Shown here: piece after piece, positions 1 through 8,782 of the stretch | How the letters are laid out: each line of letters opens with the position of its first letter | Numbering within the stretch: the stretch's first letter is position 1 | Virus record (IMG/VR): IMGVR_UViG_3300037195_000852 | Coordinates: 1 to 38,560 of that record | DNA length: 38,560 nt | Source: a virus | Lineage: Duplodnaviria; Caudoviricetes | Reading direction: 5' to 3' (one strand) | Translations under genes and position numbers: made by a program | Notes under the pieces: generated by a model | The model's input: only the letters and a program-made list of their open reading frames with translations | Databases searched by the model: none | Told to the model about the DNA's origin: nothing

Positions 1-582
1 ATTATCTAGCTCTTGTGACCATACATCAGGAGCACCTGATCCTTGTTCGTAAGATGTACCAATAACAACACACTCACCATTATCATCAAGTGTGGTTGCT
101 GAACCATCTACAGATTGAATTGTCTTTACAACAATAGTGGTATCAGCACTATTTTGTGTTATTGTTTCAATCCTTGCAGTACCCTGTAGCAAAGGTTCAC
201 TAGAATCGCCTTCCGCATTATCATTCTGTGCGAATTGAACAACCATACCTTTAATTAACCAACTAACTGCTGCGCCACCACTTGTGTCAACAGTTAATGA
301 AGTGTTACTTCCAGGTGCAGCTAGTGTTCCACCGCCTTTTTGTAAAAAGCTTCTATCAGTAATAGAAACCTTTGTACGATCCTCTAAGAAACGAAATTGA
401 GAATCGCTTGTTGGGACTTTCCCAACTTTTGACAAGTATACGAAAAATGGAGACTCTTCTGGAGCTAAATCAGCGACCCTATCACTGAAATCATACAGTC
501 TACGTGTGCTTAAACCTACACCATCCGTAGTTGCACCACCAGGAGTACCAAATTTCACTTGTCCACTATTATAAGTAGCCAT
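1..582 (-). CDS. Major capsid protein, N-terminal part (SU10_MCP/DUF5309-like); runs off the window
   Basis: Not in the ORF track. ATG at 582-580 after SD AGGAG. Hand translation MATYNSGQVKFGTPGG...RRLYDFSDRVADLAPEESPFFVYLSKVGK... is open to base 1. Lies directly downstream of portal and scaffold. Confidence 0.85.
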   Translation of the reverse strand, partial: MATYNSGQVKFGTPGGATTDGVGLSTRRLYDFSDRVADLAPEESPFFVYLSKVGKVPTSDSQFRFLEDRTKVSITDRSFLQKGGGTLAAPGSNTSLTVDTSGGAAVSWLIKGMVVQFAQNDNAEGDSSEPLLQGTARIETITQNSADTTIVVKTIQSVDGSATTLDDNGECVVIGTSYEQGSGAPDVWSQELDN

Positions 583-597
583 TATAAACTCCTATTT

Positions 598-1338
598 TTA
601 TTTTAATACATTAGTTCGACTTCCAGCATTCATCACTTGTTTCCATAGCTCATCCGTTTCAGACTTTTTCTCAGGCTGATGACCTTGAAGGACTCCAGCT
701 GGATGAGGATTAGCTTGATTTTGACGGATTTGATCTAATGGATTATCCGTGACAGTTTCTGGACTTTGAGTTACAGCTTGCCACATTTTAAGTACATTGT
801 CCAAACCATATTCGGATGGATGTTTATCAGCAAATTCAAAGAAAGATGCTTGTTCTTGCTCGTTTAACCCTTTATTGGCTAAATCAGCACGAAGACTTGA
901 TCTCCCTTGTTGTGCCTTAATTCCACCGACAGCTTGATCTACTGCACCATTTATGGTTTCCTGCATCTCCTGCATCCTAAATTTATAGGATTTCGATGAT
1001 GGGTCATTGTAGGCTTCCCAAGGATCAAATTCATCAGGCTTTAACGTAACACGTTGTTGTTGATTATTTGGCTGACCACTTACTTCACCCATAAGGTTCT
1101 GTACCAAGTCTGGACGTGATTCCAAAAATTTCCCAACTTTTTCGTATTGTTTAAGCTGTTGATTTTCAGCGTAGAGTTTATCCTTCTCAGATTGGTGGTA
1201 CTTAGCTTGAGCCTCCCAATCCTCCTTAGAACTCTCTTCGTTGATTGCTCCTTCATCTTGCCCTACTTCTGCACTGAGTTGGCCATTTGTATTTTGACTC
1301 TCAACAACAGAAGCGATAACGTCTTCATTATTTGACAT
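598..1338 (-). CDS. Capsid scaffolding protein
   Basis: Acidic, Q/E-rich coiled-coil protein between portal and capsid; SD AAGGAG. Confidence 0.75.
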   Translation of the reverse strand: MSNNEDVIASVVESQNTNGQLSAEVGQDEGAINEESSKEDWEAQAKYHQSEKDKLYAENQQLKQYEKVGKFLESRPDLVQNLMGEVSGQPNNQQQRVTLKPDEFDPWEAYNDPSSKSYKFRMQEMQETINGAVDQAVGGIKAQQGRSSLRADLANKGLNEQEQASFFEFADKHPSEYGLDNVLKMWQAVTQSPETVTDNPLDQIRQNQANPHPAGVLQGHQPEKKSETDELWKQVMNAGSRTNVLK

Positions 1339-1354
1339 TGTTTACTCCTTTAGT

Positions 1355-3388
1355 TTACGATTTCTCGGATTTACGAGCCTGACCACGTTTCTTTTCCGCA
1401 TCTGTCACTAAACGTAATTTCTCTGATTCGAGTTTAACCGCATTAGATAATTTATCAATAGAAACTTTATTTTGAGTTTTGGAGTCATACTCTTGTTCTT
1501 TAAGTTTCCCTTTAAATTTCTCGACCTCAACCTTCTTACGTGATGATATTGATTCACGATGAGCTGTTTGTAGGTCTCCACTAAGCTTCTTAATTTCATC
1601 TTGAGCTTGTTGTAGTTGCTGTTGTAATTGTGTAACCATGTCAGTTCTTTGTAGTACACCAGCTTTATCAAATATTTCTGTTTTCTTCAAGGCTTCCACC
1701 TTATCAATAAGTCCAGCCTGATATGCTTCCATATATATATTCCATTCACCCCATTTGTTAGATGGCATAGTAGAATTACCAATAATACGTACATCAAAAC
1801 TTCCGACACTTAAATTATTTTCAATTGTCATAAGCTCTTTTGTTTTATCATCATATAACTTTTTATTTACTGTATACTCATTAATATCATTATTTGGCTG
1901 AACAATTCTAAATGTTTTCTGAAAACTATAATGTGATTTAGATAAATGATACATAAGTTTTCCAAGTCTCTTTAAACTTGCTTCAATGTCTCTTAATTTG
2001 GATTTAGAACGCCTTTGTCCAAAATCCTCCATCATCATTGTTCCAGACGATGTTCTTGGAGCTGCCTCAGTATTTCCCTGCTGCATCTCAAATATTCCAA
2101 TGTTTAAGTCGATGTAATGTTCCACCATTTGCGGTAATTGTAGTATAGAACCTGCAAGAGGTTGTGGAGATGGGAAGTGAGGTTCTCCAAATGAAGCGTC
2201 ATATTCAATCGTTGCATTGGGGTTCGCCCAATCTCGTTCCAGTTCCTCTATATCTTGTACAGAACCCTGGGGTATAAGCAACTTCAAGCCTGACGATGCC
2301 TGTGCATGCGATGTAATTAAAGACATTACTTTATTCAAGAACCTCTGAAATCCCTTGTTCTTACGAACATCACTCATTGGATAAGGAGTATTTGTCCAAA
2401 TATTAGGTACAGGTACAATTGGGAATATATTTGTATCTAAAACCTTTTCATATAAAACAACTTGACCAACAATACATGTAACTTGTATTCTAGTCTGCTG
2501 TACCTGTACAATATCAAAAAGCCCTCTATCAAAAGCCTCAGCAGTCCTATCATCAGCTAAAAGCTTTTCTAAACCATCATTATCTAAAACCTTCTCTTGA
2601 CCACTCTGCAAATCTATAACTCTAAAGAATGGCATTTTAACTTTTCTAAAATCTTCTATAATTCTGTATTTATCACCACCAGACCCATAATCATAATCTT
2701 TTACTATATCTGGCGTAAATGATGCTCCCTCTTGTCTATTTTGAGAAGAAGGATAATCTTCATCTGTAATTCCAATACCTTCAATATTATCAATTAAAAC
2801 GTCACCATCCTCATCTGGAACATTAAGCATTGGATATGCATCCAAGAGTTGATCTCTTGTTAGTATAGTAGAAAGTTGCATACCAGACGCATCATCAAAC
2901 CACTTGTTTCTACTGTTAGGATCAACAACGACACGAAATGGATCAACATAAGTAAATTTAACCTCACCACGACCATAATCATCTTCAGGGTCTATATACC
3001 CATAAAAGTACCCAATACCAGTAACAGAAAAATCATGGACAGCTTGTTTAAATACTTCATCTCCATCAGAATTATCCCATATATATTCAAGAATTGTTTT
3101 CCATATAGTAGCAAGCCTTGAATCAGAATCCTCTCTGCCAACGGCAGAAAATTTTGGGGGCTTAGAAGTTATAATTGCCTTAAACTGCTCAATAGCTGCA
3201 TATAGCCTATCAATGGGCAAACCCATTTGATTTCTTTCGGCAAGTTCTGTTGCCTCAGCATCTGTAAAATGATTGCCGAGGTAGAAATCTATATCCTCAC
3301 GTGCCTGCATATCCCAATCTGCACGAGCATCAAACCATCGTTGCCAACGCTCTTTTATCTCTCCTGCTCTTTTATCTTGTGGAATCAT
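1355..3388 (-). CDS. Portal protein (P22-like, with C-terminal coiled-coil barrel)
   Basis: 677 aa; N-terminal 'AREDIDFYLGNHFT', 'VDPFRVVVDP' and a long C-terminal coiled coil; follows TerL. Confidence 0.92.
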   Translation of the reverse strand: MIPQDKRAGEIKERWQRWFDARADWDMQAREDIDFYLGNHFTDAEATELAERNQMGLPIDRLYAAIEQFKAIITSKPPKFSAVGREDSDSRLATIWKTILEYIWDNSDGDEVFKQAVHDFSVTGIGYFYGYIDPEDDYGRGEVKFTYVDPFRVVVDPNSRNKWFDDASGMQLSTILTRDQLLDAYPMLNVPDEDGDVLIDNIEGIGITDEDYPSSQNRQEGASFTPDIVKDYDYGSGGDKYRIIEDFRKVKMPFFRVIDLQSGQEKVLDNDGLEKLLADDRTAEAFDRGLFDIVQVQQTRIQVTCIVGQVVLYEKVLDTNIFPIVPVPNIWTNTPYPMSDVRKNKGFQRFLNKVMSLITSHAQASSGLKLLIPQGSVQDIEELERDWANPNATIEYDASFGEPHFPSPQPLAGSILQLPQMVEHYIDLNIGIFEMQQGNTEAAPRTSSGTMMMEDFGQRRSKSKLRDIEASLKRLGKLMYHLSKSHYSFQKTFRIVQPNNDINEYTVNKKLYDDKTKELMTIENNLSVGSFDVRIIGNSTMPSNKWGEWNIYMEAYQAGLIDKVEALKKTEIFDKAGVLQRTDMVTQLQQQLQQAQDEIKKLSGDLQTAHRESISSRKKVEVEKFKGKLKEQEYDSKTQNKVSIDKLSNAVKLESEKLRLVTDAEKKRGQARKSEKS

Positions 3389-3425
3389 GTATTAAATTTA
3401 CTGAAAGTTTGATATTACATGCAAA
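3389..3425 (-). promoter_or_regulatory. Putative promoter giving a leaderless portal mRNA
   Basis: Minus strand reads TTGCAT-18nt-TAAATT-6nt-ATG, with no SD. Confidence 0.5.
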
Positions 3426-4988
3426 TTACACACGCTTGCCTGTAATCCAATTGTAAGCCTTGCGTGCCTTCATATAAGTACCATCTTTCTGTTTCTCCTT
3501 TAGTTTATTACCTGCCTTAGGATTTCCCTTGGCATACTGTGTTGCAAGCCAAAATGCATCAATTGTATCATCATGTGAGCCTTTTGGAAAATCAAGAAGC
3601 TCACCTATAAATTCATGGTGTAATTTTTTAAGATGAACAGCCCCAGCTTTGAACATTGGTTGCAATCCCTCAAATAACCTGTCTTTCTTTTTCTGAGTAT
3701 ACCCTTTAATTCCCTTTTCGATACCTGGTACAAAGAGTCCCTCCTTCTTGCTACGTTTTTGGACATAATCTCTAAGCATTTCCTGATAAGCGATTGTTTC
3801 AATATTTACCCTTCTTACAGGGCTGTACCTTTTAAGTATCTCAAAAATCTTATCAGCACATTCCATCGGGAGGACTCGCTCACGCCAATACTCAATAACG
3901 TAGTAATCATACTCTGAAGTAACACCCAAGACCATAATAACACTATAATCGTTCCTACTAGTAATAGTTGAGGCAGGATCAACCCCAATGTAAATATTGA
4001 CATATTCTGTGTGTCCATCATCGAATTTGATATACCAGCTATCGGATGCTTCTTCAAATCGTATATTCCCCCTGTAAAGTGCTTCGTTTATATCTTCTTC
4101 TGCAAAAATCTGATCTTCTGGTGATTTTGCCTGATTCATAAACTCCTGATAGAACTTCGCAGGAGTACCACTATCAATATAGAATTGTTTACGATCTTCT
4201 AATTTTGATAATGGCCATCTTGACGGCCAAATAGATTGACCTTCTTCTATTGCTTTTTTAGTATAGACTGCCCAAGAATATGCTTCCCCGCTCTTGCGAG
4301 CATCCCTCCAACCCGTAACGAGTCCATTTAAGAAAGAATCCCAGTGAACGATAGTACCATTACACCATAAAAATCCATTCTTATCGAAATCGATTGCTGG
4401 AAACACAGCTGCTGTAACCCAGTTCTTGATTTGCTGTCTTGCATCGGGTGTTTTAGTATTTAGTTCTGATTCGAAGTCATCAAGCACCATTCCTGTAAAA
4501 CGAGTGGATAATTGCTTTTTTCCTCTTAATCTTTGATTTGCACCCTTTGCAATCATTCTACAGCCATTAGTTAATGTAAACTCGGATTTTGTCCATTTGT
4601 TCCCTTGAAGATCACCAAAATAATAATCTATAGCTGGATTAAGCTCAATATGGTTCATAACCCAATTAAGATTATCAATAGCCTGATCTTGTGCTTCACC
4701 TATCCAAGCTATAAATTCTGGCTTTTCTTTTTCTGCAAACAGGAAGCGATGAAGGATTGCAGTAGCTGCAAGGGTTGATTTAGCGTGGTCACGTGGTAAT
4801 ACAAGTCCAAGTTGCTGTATACTTTTGTTTAAAAGAAGCTTCCCCACCTCTACGTGAAAATCGGGCGTTGAAGAAGCGAGGAAGTCCTGAGGAGAGAAAA
4901 GTTTGCCAAAAGTAATTAAATCGCCATAGGCTTTTACCAACAGCTCTTCATTTTTTGAAATATCTCCGTGTAGGTTTAAATTAGCCAA
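3426..4988 (-). CDS. terL: Terminase large subunit
   Basis: Walker A variant PRDHAKS, Walker B MVLDD, nuclease motif IGVDPA and C-terminal HDDTIDA; TTG start. Confidence 0.95.
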   Translation of the reverse strand: MANLNLHGDISKNEELLVKAYGDLITFGKLFSPQDFLASSTPDFHVEVGKLLLNKSIQQLGLVLPRDHAKSTLAATAILHRFLFAEKEKPEFIAWIGEAQDQAIDNLNWVMNHIELNPAIDYYFGDLQGNKWTKSEFTLTNGCRMIAKGANQRLRGKKQLSTRFTGMVLDDFESELNTKTPDARQQIKNWVTAAVFPAIDFDKNGFLWCNGTIVHWDSFLNGLVTGWRDARKSGEAYSWAVYTKKAIEEGQSIWPSRWPLSKLEDRKQFYIDSGTPAKFYQEFMNQAKSPEDQIFAEEDINEALYRGNIRFEEASDSWYIKFDDGHTEYVNIYIGVDPASTITSRNDYSVIMVLGVTSEYDYYVIEYWRERVLPMECADKIFEILKRYSPVRRVNIETIAYQEMLRDYVQKRSKKEGLFVPGIEKGIKGYTQKKKDRLFEGLQPMFKAGAVHLKKLHHEFIGELLDFPKGSHDDTIDAFWLATQYAKGNPKAGNKLKEKQKDGTYMKARKAYNWITGKRV

Positions 4989-5135
4989 TTAATATCTTGA
5001 ATACTCTACTATCATTTCTATATAGGCATGTACAAGTTCAGTCATGTAACTTACATCTATCCACATCTTATATACCAGATATGCTATTCCAAGCATCCAA
5101 AAAAATATTATAAGTTTAATTAAGTCTGTTTTCAT
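4989..5135 (-). CDS. 48-aa single-TM membrane protein
   Basis: Hand translation MKTDLIKLIIFFWMLGIAYLVYKMWIDVSYMTELVHAYIEMIVEYSRY; stop abuts the TerL start. Confidence 0.65.
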   Translation of the reverse strand: MKTDLIKLIIFFWMLGIAYLVYKMWIDVSYMTELVHAYIEMIVEYSRY

Positions 5136-5352
5136 AAATTATGTGATCGCATGATATACTTTGACAGTTATAGTTTTTTTTATGTCCTACATGAAAATGT
5201 CCTATATTGCAATGTTTAGGACAAAATCCATAGCCCCTTACCCTGACCATGAGCGTATCTCCATTTCCAATTGAATATGGCACTGGTTCAAACCTGTTTG
5301 TTTCCCAAGCCATAAAAGCAGCTAGTAAGATAAGACACATGGTCTCTTGCAC
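5116..5352 (-). CDS. Cys/His-rich small protein with hydrophobic N-terminus
   Basis: GTG start overlaps the upstream TAG (TAGTG); motif CPKHC..HFHVGH..C..CDH. Confidence 0.6.
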   Translation of the reverse strand: MQETMCLILLAAFMAWETNRFEPVPYSIGNGDTLMVRVRGYGFCPKHCNIGHFHVGHKKNYNCQSISCDHIIYENRLN

Positions 5353-5492
5353 TACTTCTTACCAAAAACAAACACACCAATATTTAAACACCCAATGATA
5401 AAAACGAATAAACCACTACCCATGTGCCAATAATACAGGTTTAAAAAACCTGCAGCAAGGTTCACAAGGCGAAGCTTATCCCTTAATTTCAT
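5352..5492 (-). CDS. 46-aa two-TM protein, holin candidate
   Basis: Hand translation MKLRDKLRLVNLAAGFLNLYYWHMGSGLFVFIIGCLNIGVFVFGKK; directly downstream of the endolysin. Confidence 0.6.
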   Translation of the reverse strand: MKLRDKLRLVNLAAGFLNLYYWHMGSGLFVFIIGCLNIGVFVFGKK

Positions 5493-5500
5493 TTTATCAT

Positions 5501-5896
5501 TTAGTTTCCTCTAATCTCAAAATGTACGAGATCATCAAAATTGTTATCAGAAAGCTGGGTATCATTATCCCAGTCACCTCCCCATCGAAGTGGTATACCC
5601 ATACGATATGCACAGCCCTTAACAAAGCCACCGAAGTAAATAAACCGCTCCCTGTCATCCCAGTCAATGGGATAGGGAGCTACATCCACAGCAAATGAAG
5701 GTCTTGAGTTGTGCTTACCATCTGGCCACTTGACCTTGGAGTGTCCACTCTCATAAGCGGTGTCCTGCTCATTCCTGCCCCTGTAACCGACTAAAACAGA
5801 ACAATCAAAATATTTTACCACTTCGTTGAAAAGGTCTTGTAAGTCTTCTTCACAAGTATTTAGACGTTTTTTAGATGTTTTACCAAATTTAGGCAC
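5501..5896 (-). CDS. Endolysin, peptidase M15 (L-alanyl-D-glutamate peptidase, T5-endolysin-like)
   Basis: Motifs GYR..EQ, KHN...AVD, RWGGDW and DLVHFE (His-Asp-His Zn ligands). Confidence 0.9.
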   Translation of the reverse strand: MPKFGKTSKKRLNTCEEDLQDLFNEVVKYFDCSVLVGYRGRNEQDTAYESGHSKVKWPDGKHNSRPSFAVDVAPYPIDWDDRERFIYFGGFVKGCAYRMGIPLRWGGDWDNDTQLSDNNFDDLVHFEIRGN

Positions 5897-6135
5897 TATG
5901 CCTCTCCTCTCATGCTATTTTCTCCCATATATTTTACTAAATGATTGTCTACATCAAACTCAGAAGCACAATGCGGACATAACCAGCCTATAACATCATC
6001 AAAATCACCCAAAAGACCTACTCTTTGAGTAAATTCATCATTTAAATACAGTTCCTTACTACAAATTGGGCAAGGATCAATATTTTTAGTCTTCTTCTTC
6101 TTTTTTGACGTGTGCAATGAGTTCTGGATTCCCAT
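5896..6135 (-). CDS. Zinc-ribbon protein (true start uncertain)
   Basis: CPIC...CPHC; stop overlaps the endolysin ATG. Confidence 0.65.
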   Translation of the reverse strand: MGIQNSLHTSKKKKKTKNIDPCPICSKELYLNDEFTQRVGLLGDFDDVIGWLCPHCASEFDVDNHLVKYMGENSMRGEA

Positions 6136-6853
6136 GTTTTTTTACCTCTTCAAGCTGCTCAGGCGAAAAACCTGCCCAAATTGTTACTTGTTCTGATTTT
6201 GATTCATCTGCAGCAAATAGTCCCGATATTTTAGAAAGACTTTCAAGTGATCTTAACTTTGCAGTATCACTTTCAGCCAAATCAGCTATAGTTTTATATC
6301 TTTCGATTATCCACTCTGGAGTTACACCCTCACTATCAAGTATTTCACGTATTTCTCTTTTTATCATTTTTTGTATTGTCTCCGTTTTTATAAGACTATC
6401 TGCTCTTCTTTTTATGTATTTACCCGATTTAGCTTTTGGGTATACACGTCTGTAGGCTTCTTTCATGTCAATGCCACTCGCAACGTACCTCGCAAACAAA
6501 AGTTCCTTAGAATTTCTCTCCCTACTATTATATTGCTCTTTTCCTGCATTTGTTCCCGAAAAGGTATATATGTTCTCAGCAATACCATCTTTACCTAACA
6601 TTTCTTTTTTCATATCTCTTGGAAGGAACGTGCCACAAACAGTTCTGATGCATGGAACAGATTTATCAGTATCTTTTTTAATATCTAGCTTTCGCAGGAT
6701 TTGACACACAAATCCGTCATCTGTGTAAACCCACTCTCCTTCTTCTCCATGTCTCCAATTATGACGGACAGGGACTTCAGGGCATAAGATAATAAACTCT
6801 GCCTTACTGTCGTACAGATAGTGCTTCTTGTTATTTATTTCTTTGAAATCCAT
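6086..6853 (-). CDS. terS: Terminase small subunit with N-terminal extension
   Basis: HTH-like 'FARYVASG.DMKEAYRRVYP' followed by 'AKLRSLESLSKISGLF'; first gene of the packaging operon. Confidence 0.75.
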   Translation of the reverse strand: MDFKEINNKKHYLYDSKAEFIILCPEVPVRHNWRHGEEGEWVYTDDGFVCQILRKLDIKKDTDKSVPCIRTVCGTFLPRDMKKEMLGKDGIAENIYTFSGTNAGKEQYNSRERNSKELLFARYVASGIDMKEAYRRVYPKAKSGKYIKRRADSLIKTETIQKMIKREIREILDSEGVTPEWIIERYKTIADLAESDTAKLRSLESLSKISGLFAADESKSEQVTIWAGFSPEQLEEVKKHGNPELIAHVKKEEED

Positions 6854-6888
6854 AGTAGAATATACATCAGTTTTTTAAATTTTACAAA
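6854..6888 (-). promoter_or_regulatory. Putative promoter giving a leaderless terS mRNA
   Basis: Minus strand reads TTGTAA-17nt-TATATT-5nt-ATG, with no SD. Confidence 0.55.
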
Positions 6889-6898
6889 TTTCTCCCAG

Positions 6899-6933
6899 TA
6901 TATAATATATAATATATAATATATAATATATAA
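6899..6933. repeat. Tandem repeat (TATATAA)x5
   Basis: Five perfect 7-nt units. Confidence 0.95.
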
Positions 6934-7149
6934 TAAAGTTCCTTTGTAAAGTAATATTGCTGTAGACTGTGTGTCAGAAATCACAAAAATAGCGATTTTT
7001 AAAAAATTACATTAGAATGAGTGCAGGGGTTTTTTTATCGGCATACCCCCGCATAGTTGTCCTCGTGGGGGTTCGAATAAGGTTACTTTTTTCATTAATT
7101 TATAATTTCTATTGATTTTTATGTAATATTTGAGGAAAGGGAGAACAAT

Positions 7150-7177
7150 AAAAAAACCGCTCATTACAAGCGGTTTT
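7150..7177 (-). terminator. Intrinsic terminator, possibly bidirectional
   Basis: Stem AAAACCGCT/AGCGGTTTT with a 7-nt loop; T7 tail on the minus strand and T4 on the plus strand. Confidence 0.7.
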
Positions 7178-7307
7178 AATATTGCTAGGGTTAATTACTA
7201 GTAGGTGTTTAGATCATAGTACTAGTGTGTTAATGTGCGTGTGTTAACCTTATGTGTACGTGAATATATATAAGGGCTTCAAATTTAACGTGTGCTATAC
7301 GTTCCCA

Positions 7308-7451
7308 TTAATTTACCTCCCTATTCTCTATCACCTTAATAGTGTTTATTCTCATTTTTTTACCATCTTTAATTAAATATAGTTTTCCTCTCTTACTTAA
7401 ACATATATCTAATTTATTAACGTCATCATATACAATCACTTCATCTTTCAT
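7308..7451 (-). CDS. 47-aa hypothetical protein, leftward gene in the control region
   Basis: SD GAAAGGT 6 nt before ATG; MKDEVIVYDDVNKLDICLSKRGKLYLIKDGKKMRINTIKVIENREVN; below the ORF-track cut-off. Confidence 0.65.
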   Translation of the reverse strand: MKDEVIVYDDVNKLDICLSKRGKLYLIKDGKKMRINTIKVIENREVN

Positions 7452-7490
7452 ATTATTACCTTTCTCATTTAATTAAATACTAACCCTATA

Positions 7491-7538
7491 ATATAAACAT
7501 ATAAACATATAAACATATAAATATTTATATATTTAAAT
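7491..7538. repeat. Tandem 8-nt repeat (ATATAAAC)x3 plus three degenerate units
   Basis: ATATAAAC ATATAAAC ATATAAAC ATATAAAT ATTTATAT ATTTAAAT. Confidence 0.85.
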
Positions 7539-7543
7539 ATTAC

Positions 7544-7573
7544 TTGTATCATATATATATTTGATATTATTAT
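7544..7573 (+). promoter_or_regulatory. Putative major early promoter
   Basis: TTGTAT-18nt-TATTAT; also TGnTATTAT at 7562-7570, with an AT-rich upstream region. Confidence 0.55.
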
Positions 7574-7577
7574 ACTC

Positions 7578-7603
7578 ATCCCTTCGGGGATTGCTTTTTG
7601 ACA
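7578..7603 (+). promoter_or_regulatory. Hairpin plus boxA-like antitermination element
   Basis: ATCCC-TTCG-GGGAT hairpin immediately followed by TGCTTTTTGACA (rrn boxA consensus TGCTCTTTAACA). Confidence 0.55.
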
Positions 7604-7698
7604 TTGAGGGATTAATAAAAGGATAGTAGATTAGAAAGATAAACTTTTATTAATGGAAAGTAATTCACTATAAATCACTTAAAAAAGGAAACAAAATA

Positions 7699-8130
7699 AT
7701 GTCCAATAATAATGATCTATATAAATCACTTGGTTTTAAAAAAACAGTATCAACAAAAAAAACCAATGGAAAGTTGAGCTTAGAAGGTGAAATTAAGAAA
7801 GGGATAAAAAATGCCGTACATTCTTTCTTATTGGAAGAGTATCCGCACCTTTACAAGCAATTGGAAAAAACCACCATTATCAAAACGGACAAAAAGGATG
7901 ATACAAAGGTGGCGGACGTTGGAGACGTTGAAGGTTATCATTTATTAATTCCAATTGGAACGGATAGAGAGATAAAAAACAACGGAAACAAAGTAACTCT
8001 AACAAATGCCGTTAAAGTATCAAATCCTCAAATTTACTTACAAGGTGTCCAAAATAATGTTTGTGAATTTGTAAAAGAAGGTGGAAAAGTGTTAAGGTGG
8101 GACAACGACAAAAACCAATTTACAAGTTAG
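7699..8130 (+). CDS. First early gene, hypothetical Lys-rich protein
   Basis: SD AAAGGAAA; 143 aa; followed by its own terminator. Confidence 0.85.
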   Translation: MSNNNDLYKSLGFKKTVSTKKTNGKLSLEGEIKKGIKNAVHSFLLEEYPHLYKQLEKTTIIKTDKKDDTKVADVGDVEGYHLLIPIGTDREIKNNGNKVTLTNAVKVSNPQIYLQGVQNNVCEFVKEGGKVLRWDNDKNQFTS

Positions 8131-8150
8131 ACTTGTAGATTAAAACAAAT

Positions 8151-8184
8151 AACCCTTGCTGATTAATTTTGGCAAGGGTTTTTT
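8151..8184 (+). terminator. Intrinsic terminator
   Basis: Stem AACCCTTGCT/GGCAAGGGTT followed by a T-run. Confidence 0.85.
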
Positions 8185-8244
8185 GTTACCTTTAATTTAA
8201 GTAATTATTTATAAATAATAGTAAAAGGAAAGGAAAAGCAAATT

Positions 8245-8487
8245 ATGTTGAATGAAAATCAGTACGATATAAGAAAGGAAAGCCTGATGGATGGTGTTAT
8301 TAGGTTTACCTGCATACCGAAGTTTCAAACTTGTGGTACTTGTAAAGGAAAGGTAGAGCAGGGAAAAATGACAGCAGTTAAGTATCCACTTATCAGAAAT
8401 AAAGTGAGATATATTATAAATAAAATAGTCTGTCCTAGTTGTTATCCACAAGTAAAAGAAATACTAAACAATAACCCATATAAATAA
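8245..8487 (+). CDS. Small Zn-finger protein
   Basis: CGTC...CPSC; SD AAGGAAAGG. Confidence 0.75.
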   Translation: MLNENQYDIRKESLMDGVIRFTCIPKFQTCGTCKGKVEQGKMTAVKYPLIRNKVRYIINKIVCPSCYPQVKEILNNNPYK

Positions 8488-8503
8488 CAGGAAGGGCAAA
8501 CTA

Positions 8504-8695
8504 ATGGTAGAAATAAATGTAAAGGAATGGAATGAAACAGAAGGTAGAATCAGATACTACAAGGAATCGGTTCTGAAAAATGGAAGGAAGTGTCATCATT
8601 CTGTATTTGTTAAGGATATAAAAAAGGCAATGCCTTTGAGATATGATACATTCCAGAAGCAAATGTACACAAAAGGTAAATGGAGGGCTGTATAA
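8504..8695 (+). CDS. Hypothetical early protein
   Basis: SD GGAAGGG; tightly packed with neighbours. Confidence 0.65.
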   Translation: MVEINVKEWNETEGRIRYYKESVLKNGRKCHHSVFVKDIKKAMPLRYDTFQKQMYTKGKWRAV

Positions 8696-8771
8696 TGCCA
8701 GCATCACCAATAACTAAAGAAGTAACACTACCTGATAATAAGAAATACTAAACAATAATCCATACAAGTAA
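8695..8771 (+). pseudogene. Chimeric gene relic: 5' end of a paralog of gene 9081 fused to the 3' end of a paralog of gene 8245
   Basis: 8695-8739 matches 9081-9125 at 40/45 nt; 8740-8771 matches 8456-8487 at 29/32 nt. Confidence 0.8.
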
Positions 8772-8782
8772 GGAGAATGTAA

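Noticed and set aside
7066-7082. GGGGGTTCGAAT resembles a tRNA T-arm
   Set aside because: The 3' side (AAGG) cannot pair and no cloverleaf forms. The same applies to GTTCGAGT at 16937.
7281-7310. ATTTAACGTG... as a dif/XerD arm
   Set aside because: Only a partial match to ATTTAACATAA, with no XerC arm at the proper spacing.
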